Positions 1 through 12,602 of a stretch of DNA of 64,000 bases are shown piece after piece. Below the pieces are notes generated by a model, which saw only the letters and a program-made list of their open reading frames with translations, made no database searches and was not told where the DNA came from. Position numbers and translations under genes: made by a program. Source of the stretch: Phoronis australis. Lineage: Eukaryota > Animalia > Phoronida. How positions within the stretch are numbered: the stretch's first letter is position 1; every line of letters begins with the position of its first letter. The stretch is from contig NMRA01000292.1 in the NCBI GenBank assembly GCA_002633005.1, positions 209,328-273,327 of the forward strand, in the 5' to 3' direction.

Positions 1-848
1 TTATTTAAAGATTTTTGCAGATTTTGTTAATTAAAATTTAAACTCTTGTAGTGTCTTACGAAGTTATACATATAGTGTTGACTGCCTCTAAATTTCTGCA
101 ATGGGCTTGAGTTTGGTTAATCTGGCACTGCTTTAGTGTTGAGGGCTGAAATACCAAGCCAGGACAAAAGTTCAAACCTGACGCAGCACTTTCTAAACTC
201 GACGCGCATTTTCCAAACTCGACGCGGCAAAATCCAAACTTGTTACAGCGTCGAGTTAAAACAGGCCGTGGAGAACACTGCAACATGTGTATTCGAGTAG
301 TGTAGTACGAAATTTGAAATATGAGAAAATACGCATTGAATAACTACCTACCAAAATTCTAGGACCGACTTTTTCAAACTTTTACAACTTGAACGATCGA
401 AAAACTTCCTTGTCAAAATACTTCTGCTAAGCATTGTGTACTGAATGACGTATTGATGTGCGAGAATGATTCAGTTCAAATTTCGCAGTCATGATTGCAT
501 TTCACGGCTTTGCATTGCTCTTGTTTAGTGATTGCTCATAGTCAGCATGTTGACATATTGTGAGCTATGTGTTGTGCTGCATTGGACGAGACCACCTGAG
601 TCTCTTTGGGATGTTGTCTTGTATTTACATGAGTATCTCTTCACTTGTAAGTGAGTGCACCTCTGCACTTTGTGTTGCTGGTGAGATAATTAGAGTAATT
701 TATTATACTTTCGGCCAATGACCATATTGTATATATACCCCCAATGAAATAAAACTTGAAATTGTTGTACTATGGTCTGAATGTTGTGATTGGCTACAAA
801 ATAAATGAAGAGACAGTTCACTTTTTGTGTACTGGAGCAATAATCTTT

Positions 849-931
849 TACAGAGGTTCTGGATTTTGAAAACTAGTTTGATTTTGTTCTTCAGTGGAGA
901 AAACTGGTTCTCAGATTGCAAGACCCCTGTA
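849..931. mobile_element. Short MITE, family A (GAGAACCAGT...ACTGGTTCTC core)
   Basis: tacagaggttctg...gaaaactagtttg...aaactggttctc...acccctgta; imperfect inverted ends flanked by TA. Homologous copies at about 36660, 49750 and 59190, with a half copy near 41590. Confidence 0.6.
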
Positions 932-1006
932 TGAGACTATTAATTATCAGCATGCCATTCTAGTTTTAAAAAGTACTGATGCGTCAACTATCTTCTTGAA
1001 TTTCAG

Positions 1007-1145
1007 ATCGATAATGTGATGAATCCCTCGTGGCAGGCGCAAATCACGGGACGGAAAATGTGGATCCTGGAACCACCGTCTGAATGTTATTTTGAGTGTC
1101 CGTCTGCCAGTCATATGGAGACAGTACTGATGCCAGGTGATATTA
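1007..1145 (+). CDS. Penultimate exon of a JmjC/cupin-like (2OG-Fe(II) oxygenase-fold) protein; gene starts upstream of the window
   Basis: Acceptor tttcag|ATC and donor A|gtaagt. Translation IDNVMNPSWQAQITGRKMWILEPPSECYFECPSASHMETVLMPGDI resembles the JmjC C-terminal half (W-x-A-Q-x-x-G-x-K-x-W-x-L-x-P-P ... PGD). Ends in phase 1, matching the next exon. Confidence 0.8.
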
Positions 1146-1849
1146 GTAAGTACAGGCCTTATTATAGTAAATATCACTTTGACAACTATTCTAAAATAAT
1201 GACAATATTACAAAATCCAGAGAAAATAACGTAATTGGTTCTGGTTTGTGGTTTCTTTGAATATTGATGCTGCAGTGATGCAGTACATTTTTACTTGTCT
1301 TTATCAATAAAGAAAAAGTCATGTGATGCCACCTGAAATGAGTCGGGATCCTTTTTGTCCCAGCTTCATCTAATGCCAGCTGAATTGGGTTGGGATCCTT
1401 TTTAAGCAACGAGGTTCTGGTTTTGAGAAGTGTCTGGCATAGAGGAAAACCAAGTATGCTGTTTTTGTCCTAACGCCCACTGTAATAAATTCTCATGAAG
1501 CGAAGATAGAAAGATCGGATTAAAAATTCTTAAAAATTCTGAGAAATACTAATTGTAATTTGAATTTGAAAGAACTAACAACACAGTGTTGAAACGAGAG
1601 GTGGAGTGTCGAAGTTTTTGATTAAAGATTTTGGTGATTGCGTAATGTAATTTGTCTCTGCTGTCTGTGGTTTGCTTTGATTAATTAGAACAGTTAGCCC
1701 AAAATGTTTGTAACTGAACTGAAGTATGAAGTTGGTTGTTTGGACTTGACCTTAAAACTATTGTATTATGCGTCAACTGCGCTACTTATGCAATGGTATA
1801 TTGTTGTCCCCCACGGTGTGTTAGAGCGATGCGGCGGACACATTATTCA

Positions 1850-2640
1850 CGGTCGTCTCACAATGATGCTGCGATATCCTCAAAAGGAAGCAGCAGATTT
1901 TATTCATATTTATTACTGAAGTGTAGTGGGACATCTCCAGGCTACAGTCGATTTCGGTTACCTTGGCATCATTCTCAAGGTCACAGTGAAAAAATCTAGT
2001 TCTTACCTAGAAAATGTTGTTAGCACAATATCTCCTTAAAGAAGCTGTAGATTTTGTTCATATTTTTGCCAACGTGAAAGTGGAATATCTTCAGGCGCCA
2101 GTTCATTCTGATGTCCTTGACATCATTTTCAAGGTCACCATGGGAAAATCAAGCTTTTATACAAGAAAATGTTCTAGGTGCGATATTTGTAGAAATAAGC
2201 TGAGGACTCTCTTCATATTGTGTACCAAGGTGTTGGTGGGATGTCTTGAGTTGCCAATGGATTTTGGTGACCTTGGCCTCATTTTCAAAGTCACTGTGTG
2301 AGAGAGAATCAAGTTTTTATTTGAAAATGTTCTTAGGGAAATATCTCCTGAAAGACAGAAATTTCTTCATTTTATGCTGTTCTATAGCCGTCAGTCAATT
2401 TTGGTGACCTTGATTTGATTTTCAAGGTCACAGGGAGAAAAGAAAGTTTTTATGTGAAAAATGTTGGCGGGTATTCCAAGAAGGAAGCTTTGGACTTTGG
2501 TCATATTTTGCACTGATGTATTGGCTGATCATTTGGATGCGCTAGTCGATTTCGGTGACCTTGACATGATTTTTCAAAGTCACAACACGAAAATAATTTT
2601 TTATGTGGAAAATGTGGTCTTGATATCTCAAGAAGGAAGC
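1850..2640. repeat. Degenerate ~150-bp tandem array (about 5 units) in the JmjC-gene intron; probably transposon-associated satellite
   Basis: Motif GGTGACCTTG-n-TTTTCAA(G/A)GTCAC recurs, with TCAA(G/A)GTCA at 1975, 2129, 2285, 2422 and 2575. Shared 'aaaatgtt...gatatctc...aaggaagctgtag' blocks lie between them. Confidence 0.75.
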
Positions 2641-2710
2641 TGTAGGTGTTGCATTTGTGGTTGTGGAGAACAATTTAGTGGCTCTGTGACAAATGCTTGT
2701 TCTGTTTTAG

Positions 2711-2796
2711 TTGTGGTAGATACTAATGTCTGGGTACATGGGACGAGAGTGCTTGGAGATGACATCAGCATCTGCATTGGGTCTGAATTTGACTGA
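2711..2796 (+). CDS. Terminal coding exon of the JmjC/cupin-like protein
   Basis: Acceptor ttttag|TT joins in phase 1 to give IVVDTNVWVHGTRVLGDDISICIGSEFD*. W-x-H matches the distal metal-binding His strand of JmjC/cupin folds. An AT-rich 3'UTR-like stretch with AATAAA at 3049, 3196 and 3871 follows. Confidence 0.8.
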
Positions 2797-5700
2797 ACTG
2801 CTCCTGGTGAAAGGATGTATCTTCAGTTTAGATCACTGTTGGTGCAATTCTACCATTTCATACAACGCATTTTCCTTAAAGACCTAGTCAGTGTTACGTA
2901 TATCAAGCTGAAATCATAAACTTCAAACCGGTACAAATCAAGTTTGCGTCTTTGATTAATCCTGTTAAACAACCTATGATCTCCATTGGACAATATTGTG
3001 TAATCATGTTTAATTAGGAACAACTTGTTGTAGTTATCCATTAACCATAATAAAGGGTTCCAATCATAATGAACAAAAACAATGTTTTTCAAAGATGTTG
3101 TTACACTGGGCTTTAAAAAATTATTTTCACGTAGTTATTTTTAATGACCATATTTTCATTTTTCCAATTACGAAATGATCCGTAATTGTTTATAAAATAA
3201 ATATTTTTAATTTCCAAAACTTTTAATTTGTTTCTAATCAGGGAGGAAATGTATACTGAATTTCTTGGAAAAATGATTTCTGTTGTACAGATTTGTGGAC
3301 ATGTTCTGCTAGCTATATCATTCCAGTAGCAAATAGTTTGGGTTATGGTATTTCATATAGTGATGAACGTAGCTGTAGCCATTTATGTTTTCAAATATTT
3401 TGTACCAAAGATTAGTAAGATTGTCGCCTAAAATTTTGTACCAGCTTCTCTGTATAGGTTCATCAAGTAGAAACCACTAATGTACTTTCTGTGCTCATGG
3501 GGTTAAATAGTTGATAACTTAACATAGTAACTATTTTAGCAACAAAATTGTTTCAAAAATAACTATTTAAATTGAGATAAGTTTCCAACTGATGAATCGT
3601 CCTAAGATGTTTATTTGTTCAATAGCTCAATAATCAAGTCATACCTTAAACGTTTTTCAATATCCATGAATTTGAAATGAACAGAAAATTTAATTTGGGC
3701 CATTCTATTTTGATGTGGATTGTGATATTTTTTGTTTTTGCAATGTATTAATCTAACTAAGGGTACAGGTTATAGAACTCTCTTGAAGCATTGGTTATAT
3801 GTCAGTGTGCTCATGTATCAGATATCAGAAAAACAAATTATAGGTGACGGAAATTTATTATAATCATGTCAATAAAGTTTGATGTCATTCCTAATTATAT
3901 ACTGTTGTATTCCTTTTTGGAGCAAACTTTAACTCAAGGAGATTTGTTAAGTACAGCTGTCTACTTGTGGTATATTTAAGTATAAAATTTTCAGAAGAAA
4001 AAAATTATAACATGGTCATGCTGTGATGTGGATGTAAAATATTAGTTAGAACTAATGCAACAGAATTGTATCAGTGATGTGATATGTTAACTATTTCTAG
4101 TTTGTGTACCCAGGTCTTTTAGGGGGTTGTTGATTCACACTCCTTCAAGGAGGATAGCATTGTGTGTCAACCTTCACTGAGGAACAGTGTGCAACTTACA
4201 ATTGTAAGGTGTTAATGGCTTATTGCTTGAGGATTTTTTTGGTAATTAAATGCTCTTCATTGTTGTTTTAATCACTTTTATTATTCGTCATGAAAGTTAT
4301 TAGCCCTTAATCCATTTTGTTGTGTCAGGCGTTATCAGGTACACAGGATTAAGGTATTATTGATTTTGAAAGCCAAAAATTAGAAGTAAACACCAGAGGA
4401 TAAACCAACACAATCCCAGTTGAAAATGTCATTGCAGTCTAGCAAACCTCAAGTGGCACACACAAGGCTGACATAATTCTAATTTAACTCAACTTAGTCA
4501 CAGTCCAGTGACTGAGATCAAAAACAAAATTCTAAATATGTAGGCAGTATATTCAAAAAAGTTTCATCTAGAGCCCAGATCCGGGCAGATCGCGTTCCCG
4601 TTTTTTTTTCTTTTTATAGAACAGAACTTCCGAACAGAAGGTACATACACCCGCATCCGCAACTTTAGGAGCGCCTGTACACGTACGCGCTTTGCCCAAT
4701 TCCCCGAGGCAACATATTGCCCCCCCCCCCNAAGTCCGACACTTGGGTTATTTTGGTTAAAATAGCCTTGCTATCCATTCGTTAATGCATCATACATTAT
4801 TGTTAACACAGAAGCTCCGTTTATGAAAGGAACATAATATCCTTACTCACTCAGTACCTAACATGCAAATTATAAACCGCCGTACAAAAGACGGATGCGA
4901 TCTCTGGTTATACTCAGCGGGACAAACATTCCTCCATACACTGACTGATGTCGCAAGGGGGATTCACTGCAACCACAAATTTCAAAGGTAATGTAACCCG
5001 CAAAAACGGATTGCAAAATGCGAGGGATTTCTAAGTGTGTTGGGAGGTCGAAATTAACTCAACGTATACAGGGCCGTGGTGAGTGGCGGAGGAAGGGTAA
5101 CACGCCCTGCAGTAATTTAGGAGTATCGGGAAGGGTTTTTTAATAGAGACAAGGGAAGGCACGAAATTTGAAGCAAGGGGCGAAAGTGGTGACGATCGGG
5201 GTGGTGCAAAACTTAATGACGTTAAATTTGCTCTTTAGTCTGTCCCTTAATAGTTTTCACGTTCCTTCGAGCCTGTGTAAAACCTGGAGCGGTAAGTCTC
5301 TGATATCACACAAGACTTCGTTAAATATCGCCATACATTGCAAGCGAAGCACGTCAACACACAAGCGTATAAATTTTGTGATGGGACTGCGTATTATGAC
5401 TAGCTGTATGAAGACTGGCGTCAAGATACAGCTAGGAATCGAATTGTGTTAATTTTATATAGACCTCGAAATTTCACACAACCAGGATACTTCTGCTCCG
5501 CTCGTCACCTCGTCACGGTAACTTGATCAAAAGCAAAATCTGAGTCAACCGACACTTTTTTGCCTGTTACAGTCGTTTAAGTGAAAAAAAAAACAATGCA
5601 ATAAGCGTTAACTTTTTTCGTCAGTCTCCGACTTTTGTAACAAAGAAAAATCTGTGATCGACTTGCTAACAGTAGGTTAATAGAATTTGCTAAATTTTGA

Positions 5701-6949
5701 GATATCTTTCGGAGGATAATGACAATTTCGCAGAAGCAAAATTTTCAGAGAAATTTGTTTTGGTGATAATAAAATACTAAAAACTTATAACGAAACGAAA
5801 CAATTTTCTAGATTTTTTTGATGTACACGACTTCGTGGAAGAACAGCTGAGTGAATCCGAATCGGTGAAAACAGAAATTTGACAATAGGCGACGCTCTAT
5901 CTCATGGCACTGAAAGCCGTCGCGGCAATCGTTCTGCAAATTTAGCACTGAAGTGCAGTTGATAAGAGAACTACCGCAGCTCTCGTAAGAATTGATTTGA
6001 TTGGAGTAATGAGAATGCCTATACAAGCTGTGAGACAAGAACATTACCCCTGTGTCAAAAATAATAGGCCATTTAATCAAACAAAATCTGGTCAATTAGA
6101 CCATCCTATAACACAGTTTCTGTCATTTAAAAAATGCCCACGTTTGAAAATAGCATTTGCATTCTTTGCATAAGGAAGCAAACTAACTGTCAAAATGATT
6201 TCGAATGACTTCAGAATCACCGTGACAGTGAAGAAACATCAACAATTACTTAATGACTTTATCCAAAGTTCTTAAACTTCAAAACAAAAATAAATGCCCT
6301 TAACATAGTTCACAACGTAACAACATTTTGTGTTTGGTGTGCCTAAAACTGACGTCATTTCTTGATGTTTTGGATAATGTACTGCACCCTCCTCATGAGA
6401 GTGATCCACGACATTAAGAACCAATTGATTCATCCGTTCAGATGCACATGTTTACACTAGCTCAGTTGATTTCACTGTTCCTTTGCCATACAAAATGCAC
6501 TGCAACTGAATGTAGCAATAATTACCTACATTAACTATCACCTCGTGTCTACACTGCATGGAGAGGCATTGAAAAAGGTATAATTACGACTGTTTAAAAC
6601 AAATCAGGAAATTTCTACTAGCTGAAAATTGGTGGAACGTCTATGAAAAACCTTTGGGGTCATTTTAAAGTAACTATAACCCCCTCAGCCCGTTAAACCC
6701 ATGGAGGCAGACTTTTATTTCAGACCAGTTCTGCTATAAAATTCAGACGATAACTGGTATTTGTGTTAGAAAACCACAGTGAGAATCCACTTTCAAAAAT
6801 GGAAAAGAGACTGTAAATGCCTCATACCAACTAGAACTGACGGTAAAGACAGACGAGCCAAGGTAATCTACTGAAAAAAGCATAGAAACCAGAGGGTAAT
6901 CTACCCCATCCTTCAGGGTGAGAATTAATTTAAAAGTGAAAAAAGCAAA

Positions 6950-7985
6950 ATATTCCAAATTCACAGTGAGCTCTCTCCAGCCGTCAGCTAGATGCTTCTA
7001 AACGCCTCAAGAATAATGATGATATCGTTATTCGCCGCGCCGACAAGTCTGCCCAGTATGTTATTTTAAACAAAGATGGCTATTCCGATAAACTGAGTCT
7101 ACTTGTATGTGACCCTACCAAGTTTACCAGCATTAGTCGGACACCCCTCATTGAGCTTAAACGTGAATATTGAATCGTCACATTAAGGCTATAAATGCTG
7201 AGGCTGGTTGTCGCATTTTCTCTGAAATTGAAGGTGATTACTCCGAAGGTTATCTCTATGGTAACCTCAAAATACACAAAAAGATGTACTTATACGGCCG
7301 AAAATATCCCAATTCCTGACGCTTAAGTACAAGACATTGAAGCATCTTCACAACATCATAAAGCCGTACATTCAGAGCTGTTACTTCATTAAATCTCGTG
7401 AGAATTTCGTTGATATTTTACCAACCTATATCGCTTGACGCTGAGTCTTTGTTCACCAACGTACCGGTTGATGAGACCATTGCTATCATTTTGGATAGTG
7501 TATACCGTCACCCACATTTAAAGCCACCCGACATTTCACCAACTCGTATGAGCGAGTTGCTGACCATCTGAACAACCAAAGTACCGTTTCGCTCTATAAA
7601 TGGAAAATTGTTCTTGCAAAAAATGGTGTGAGCATAGGCTCTACTCTGGGTACAACTTTTCGGAATTTTATATGTCTGAAGTAGAAAAAAGGGCCAGCAA
7701 TGTGATTGGTGATATTCCTATCTATGTACCGTCGATGTGTAGATGATATTTTTATTTATTGTGGTTTTGATGACTGGTTATCAGAGAGTGATGAAATTGA
7801 GCATCACTCTGTATTGAAGTTTACCGGCCACGAGCTTTCTGTAGATGACAAGATTCCGTTTTTGGACGTTCTTGTGAACCATTCTCCAACTGAATTTTCT
7901 ACATCAGTTTATCACAAGCCTGCTGGTAAAGCTTTCTGTCTTCACGTCAAAAGCGAATGTCCTCAGGGGTATAAGGTAGAGAGCA
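6950..7985 (+). mobile_element. Decayed Penelope-like retroelement (PLE) reverse transcriptase; frameshifts and stops; no GIY-YIG endonuclease seen
   Basis: Ordered PLE-RT motifs across frames: LKNNDDIVIRRADKS, LYGNLKIHK, SLDAESLFTNVPVDETI, GVSIGSTLG, YRRCVDDIF (YVDD equivalent), LKFT..IPFLDVLV..FSTSVYHKP..SECP. The element may extend upstream to about 6.5 kb. Confidence 0.85.
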
Positions 7986-8734
7986 CCGCCTGTCCATTGT
8001 AAAACCTATAGCACAAATGAATGGTGACAGGCTGACAACGTCCATGAAACAGCCACTACTACCAAGCCATTTAGCATCACTCTACGGCGAATCACAATTG
8101 ATACACAATCATCCCAAACCTTCAGGCGGATAATCCATCAGATTGGCAAACTGAAAATGAAACCAATTATTACATACAGTGTGCATATTGTAGCTCTTCA
8201 TGAGAATCAATTGCAAGGTCATAGTGTGAACAAATGTTCCTAGCATTATTGCCCAAAATGTACTTGGTATTTCCCAATCCTTGTGATTTACAGCTCTCTT
8301 CTGACTTAAGTGCAATGTTGCAAGATTAGCAATGCCAGGTTTGCACATCTTGGACAATTTCTCAAGTTTGCCGCAAAGGCACTCCACAGTTGTTGGATCA
8401 GAGGCTGCTGTGAACAAAATTGTTTTTGACAAAGCCACATGGTCTATAAGCGGCTTTTGGAATTTTCTCATCCAGCGAAACCACCCTTTTGGCGTGACGT
8501 GCTCATCATCTTGCAACATAGGCCTTAAACCGTACAGACAGTAGGCCGGCCCTATCATGTCGCACTTCCTGGCCTTACAGCATTGCCTCGTTAATCCCAA
8601 ATCGAATGATTACCACCCAGAAATTCGAGACTGAGCTCCATCGAAAGCGTCTATAAACTCATTTATCGCTATAAAATTGATCTCAACATGTTCCTTTTTT
8701 TCAGATGAGAAGTGACTTCTTGGTTTGCAAAACC

Positions 8735-8872
8735 ATGGGCGGTGCAGCACTGAAAAAATGGGGAGGGACTATAGCCCCTCCCCCCCATAGACCGCGGACG
8801 ACACGGCACTGAAAATAGTGGGTGGCTATAGCTCAACGTCCCCCCCCAACCTCCTATCGTGCGCCGCCCATC
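8735..8872. mobile_element. Short GC-rich MITE, family B (CATGGGCGGYGCA...TGCGCCGCCCAT), hAT-like ends, internally duplicated
   Basis: Terminal inverted repeats enclose 'gcactgaaa...ggctatagcccc' units. Related copies at about 41000-41065 (reverse) and 51505-51652. Confidence 0.65.
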
Positions 8873-10259
8873 ATAATAGGGCTGGTAATCGTTGAGACCA
8901 TGCTCCGTGCTAAAATGATAGTGCCGTGACAAACCATCTTGCAGTGGCTGGTCTCAACTAGTGACGAGCTGCAACTGCCAGCTTTTTCTAAGCCCTGAAA
9001 TCACCTCCAATTTGACTAAACAATTTGAGCCTTGAAAACAGTAGTCTAGATCGCTTTTGTTGTTTTTATAGTGCCCATTGAACTGATAATCTACGGTGCG
9101 ACCCAGCTCTAAAATGTTTTGCCGCTCTCGGGTAATGATACGCAAATTCAAAACGGCTGATGGACATCTGGCTCCTACCAGGAACCTCCTGGTAGGAACT
9201 TCCTGGTCGTTGTAATTGACAGAAACATCCTGGTCGTTGTAATTCGATAATTTGATGGTTACACTGAACCATGAAGTCCCTCTAAACTTTTTGAATGAAC
9301 CTAGCCAAACAAATGCGGTGTCGCCGGCATTGACTTAAGTGTTAAAATACGTACTTAATTTTTAAAATACGCTATTGGTACAGAATTATCGAAAATGATT
9401 TCACACTGCCACTAAATAAAAATTCAGTGTTTGAAACACCTGGAAATTTATCTTTTATTAAAAACTTTTAAAGTTAGCTAAAAGTATCCAAATTTAGCTA
9501 ACTCCGGAACATCCGGGTCATGTCTTGTCTCAAAAACGTCTGATCACAATCATAATATGCTTTATGCACTATTCTGCAAAACACTGTTAGGAATTAGTTT
9601 TAAAAAATGTCCCACTTTTTCATGAGGGGTGTCAATAAATAGGATATTTATGATTTTCTGAAAAAGGCAAAAGTTGCATATCAAAATAAAATGGTAATTT
9701 AGAAATTCATATCATTTTTACCGTTGTTATTGCTATGAATGTACGCTTCTTTTTGCAATATTTCAATAAAGGCGTGGTCACGTGACTCATTTAATGAGTA
9801 ATTGGCATAAAGTTAAAAATCAAAAATTCTACGGGCTTTCTTCTTTCAGAAAATATATACTTTTACTGTGTTAAAATCTATACTTCTGTTAGCACTTGGC
9901 TGAATACACAGGTAGGGTTCTACGTTACCACAAAAACATCTTTGAGTTGAAGCATAGAACTTTGCCAAGGTAACACTGCATGGTCCATGGTGATCAGTAG
10001 TGCAGAGATTTCTAGAAATTCTGGCTCCGCACATTTCGTGGTCCTTCCGACGTTGGTTTCGATACATTGTGTTGAATGACGTCATCGCCACAGGACTCCG
10101 CAACCTTCAATGAGCTTATTGTGTTCGTGAAAACATAATCGATCAATACAGGGTTTGGAAAAAAGTAGATATACCAAAGCAAGTTAAATTAAGAAATGAT
10201 TACATCTATTTTGTCACACGTACGAATAGAACCCAAACAAAAATATCCATTGACTCACC

Positions 10260-10545
10260 GAGTTAAAGAAAAGTCTCACCAGGGGACTAAATAGACTTGC
10301 ACAGTACTGAGGTAACACTTACGCCGCTCAGTCGAAGGTGTGCCTTTTCGTTTTCATTCCCCACAAAAGGTGACCGGGAGTGTTCTATGTCGTCATTCGG
10401 TCAAAGCTATATAAAAAAAACAAAAAAATAAAGAGCGAAGCCCAAATAAACACATGGATGAAAGGTAATACCAGTGAGCAACAGTGAACCAAGCAAGATA
10501 GCATGTCCTGAGTCACACTCTGTCCACCCAATGAGCTATACCGGC
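10260..10545 (-). mobile_element. Possible tRNA-derived SINE
   Basis: Minus strand begins GCCGGTATAGCTCATTGGGT (tRNA 5' arm/A-box-like) with a weak B-box-like GGTTCAC about 60 nt downstream. No complete cloverleaf; 3' boundary uncertain. Confidence 0.35.
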
Positions 10546-10699
10546 TGTATTGGTCCACTGTAGATGATTCTCATTTGAAGCACTATGTGCTTGATCACCT
10601 CGGTTCAGCAAACTTGAATGATAAATCCATTACGATCTCCACTATACAAACAAAATGGATTAGTTAGCTGACAGTTCCAATGTTCCACCTGTAACGACA

Positions 10700-10861
10700 C
10701 AGGGGCGGATCCAGGATATATTAAAAGGGGGGGGGGTCGGGTCAACGATTGTTTTAAAAAGGGGTCCAAGTCAACAATTTGAAAATTCTAGATTTGATTA
10801 CACTAAAATCAAATGAAAAAGAGAGTCCAGACCCAATTGACGCCCTCTGGATCCGCCTATG
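10700..10861. mobile_element. hAT-like MITE (CAGGGGCGGATCCAG...CTGGATCCGCCTATG)
   Basis: 15-bp near-perfect TIRs and an internal G tract. No clear 8-bp target-site duplication (TSD). Confidence 0.7.
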
Positions 10862-11126
10862 CTACAGCAATAAAAAAGAACTGGTTCTGAAATCTCACAT
10901 ATGGTGTCAAACTAAAAGGAGTCTTGTCCATTATAAACGGATTAGACGCCACGGTGGGTTCTCCGGTGTGCTATCTTGGGAAATGTCACTCTTTTACTCA
11001 CAAAAAATCGGAGTGAGAAGGTTTTACATGTTATGGAGTGAATATTTCGACTGAACATGATTCGAATATAACTGCTTTACGCTTAACTTATTTTGGCCAA
11101 ACTGAGACAAATTTTATAACAGTACA

Positions 11127-11497
11127 CACGGGTGAGAAACAACATGATCGCCGGTCCTCTTAAATCGGACCGCCTCACCCAAAACAGGACCTCCGGAGAT
11201 CAAATGGGACCGTCGCACCAGAAAATGGGACTGACGCACCTAAAAACATGACCGCCCCACCAGAAAACAGGACGGCGCCGGGGACTGAACATGACCGCCG
11301 GGGATTGAAACCGCATATTGTCTGGCGATCATGCATGCTCAGTCCCCGGCGGTCCTGTTTTCTGGTGGGGCGGTCATGTTTTTAGGTGCGTCAGTCCCAT
11401 TTTCTGGTGCGACAGTCCCATTTGATCCCCGGAGGTCCTGTTTTGGGTGAGTCAGTCCGATTTAGAGGACCGGCGGTCATGTTGTTTCTCACCCGTG
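11127..11497. mobile_element. Foldback element with ~165-bp inverted arms built from ~21-bp subrepeats; CACGGG termini (CMC/CACTA-like)
   Basis: Left arm 11127-11293 is the near-exact reverse complement of right arm 11334-11497, with a 40-bp spacer. Units are of the form AAAAYRKGACY-n10. Confidence 0.85.
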
Positions 11498-11924
11498 GTG
11501 TACAGCTGTCTAAATTGAAAACTTGCCTCTTGTGATAAAGGCGCCAGAGACTAAAGCTGCTTTAACTTTTGTGTCTCAAACACAGTATTCATTTGATCTT
11601 TTGTATTGATGAATAGTGAGGTAAAATTTCAACTTTACAATTGTAATATGTTTGTGATGCTAAATGTACCTTGTACCGTGCGAGAGCTTTGAATGAGTTA
11701 ACTGGACGAGTGACTATCATTACCTTTCAGTGAGTCAATTTTTCACTGGGGAACAATTACACGTGACACCCAACCGCCTGTTGCCATAGCATTGCAGCTT
11801 TCAAAATTTTGTGTAATAGAACGCCGGCAACTCTGCTTTCATGCCCTCGGGGTTGTTTTTTGTCTGCATTCCCTCTGTTATCAATCTGATCGACGTGTTA
11901 GTGTTGTGTATCTCAGTCATTGTT

Positions 11925-12497
11925 AAGTCCCGTCCACATACAGCCTACCCTAGAACAACTTACATCTGTGCAACTTCCCCCGTTTTTAAGTGGAGTGTCC
12001 ACACACGTATCCGATAACTAAGGCGGAAGTTGTCGCTCTGTGCCTGACAAGAATGAACACCTAATGCTAATAGAATACGGCGCATAAAAGAACACTTGTC
12101 TGTACGTAACCATGAACAGCTGGTAATTACTTCCGCCTTGCCCCATGTTTGCGGCCAGACAGGAATTTAGTGCCGTCCACATACAAACTTAACCTAGAAC
12201 AAGTTACTCATGGAACGAATTATCGCTAGCGGGTTTCAGTGCTGACTGGAGGCTATTTGAACTAGCGCAACTTACCCCACTTGTGACAACATACTCCACA
12301 TTATCGAGGTGGGGTAACTTGCGGCACTTGTAATCATTGTGTGGCCGCAAAAATGGTGTAGGGTACCAGGAAGTAATTATCAGCTGCGTAACATGCAGAC
12401 GGGTTTTCTTAATTTGCGCGCCGTACTTGTATTATGTGTTCATTGTCATGCACTGAGCGACAACTTCCGCCTTACCCTAGTTGTATCCGATGTGTGT

Positions 12498-12528
<31 letters not shown>

Positions 12529-12602
12529 GACGCTCCTTTTAAAAGTGAGGTAAGTTGCAGTAATGTAAATTGTTCTAGGGTAGGCTTTGTGTAGACGGCA
12601 CT
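11925..12602. mobile_element. Degenerate ~680-bp palindromic MITE (PIF/Harbinger-like ends) containing a (GT)n tract
   Basis: gtccacatacagcctaccctagaacaacttac pairs with gtaaattgttctagggtaggctttgtgtagac; taaggcggaagttgtcgctc pairs with gagcgacaacttccgcctta; cagctggtaattacttcc pairs with ggaagtaattatcagctg. A related copy lies at about 47735-48120. Confidence 0.75.

Noticed and set aside
1704-2700. Several 70-110-aa ORFs in the JmjC intron
   Set aside because: They are translations of the ~150-bp tandem repeat; only the end of ORF 2461-2796 is a real exon.
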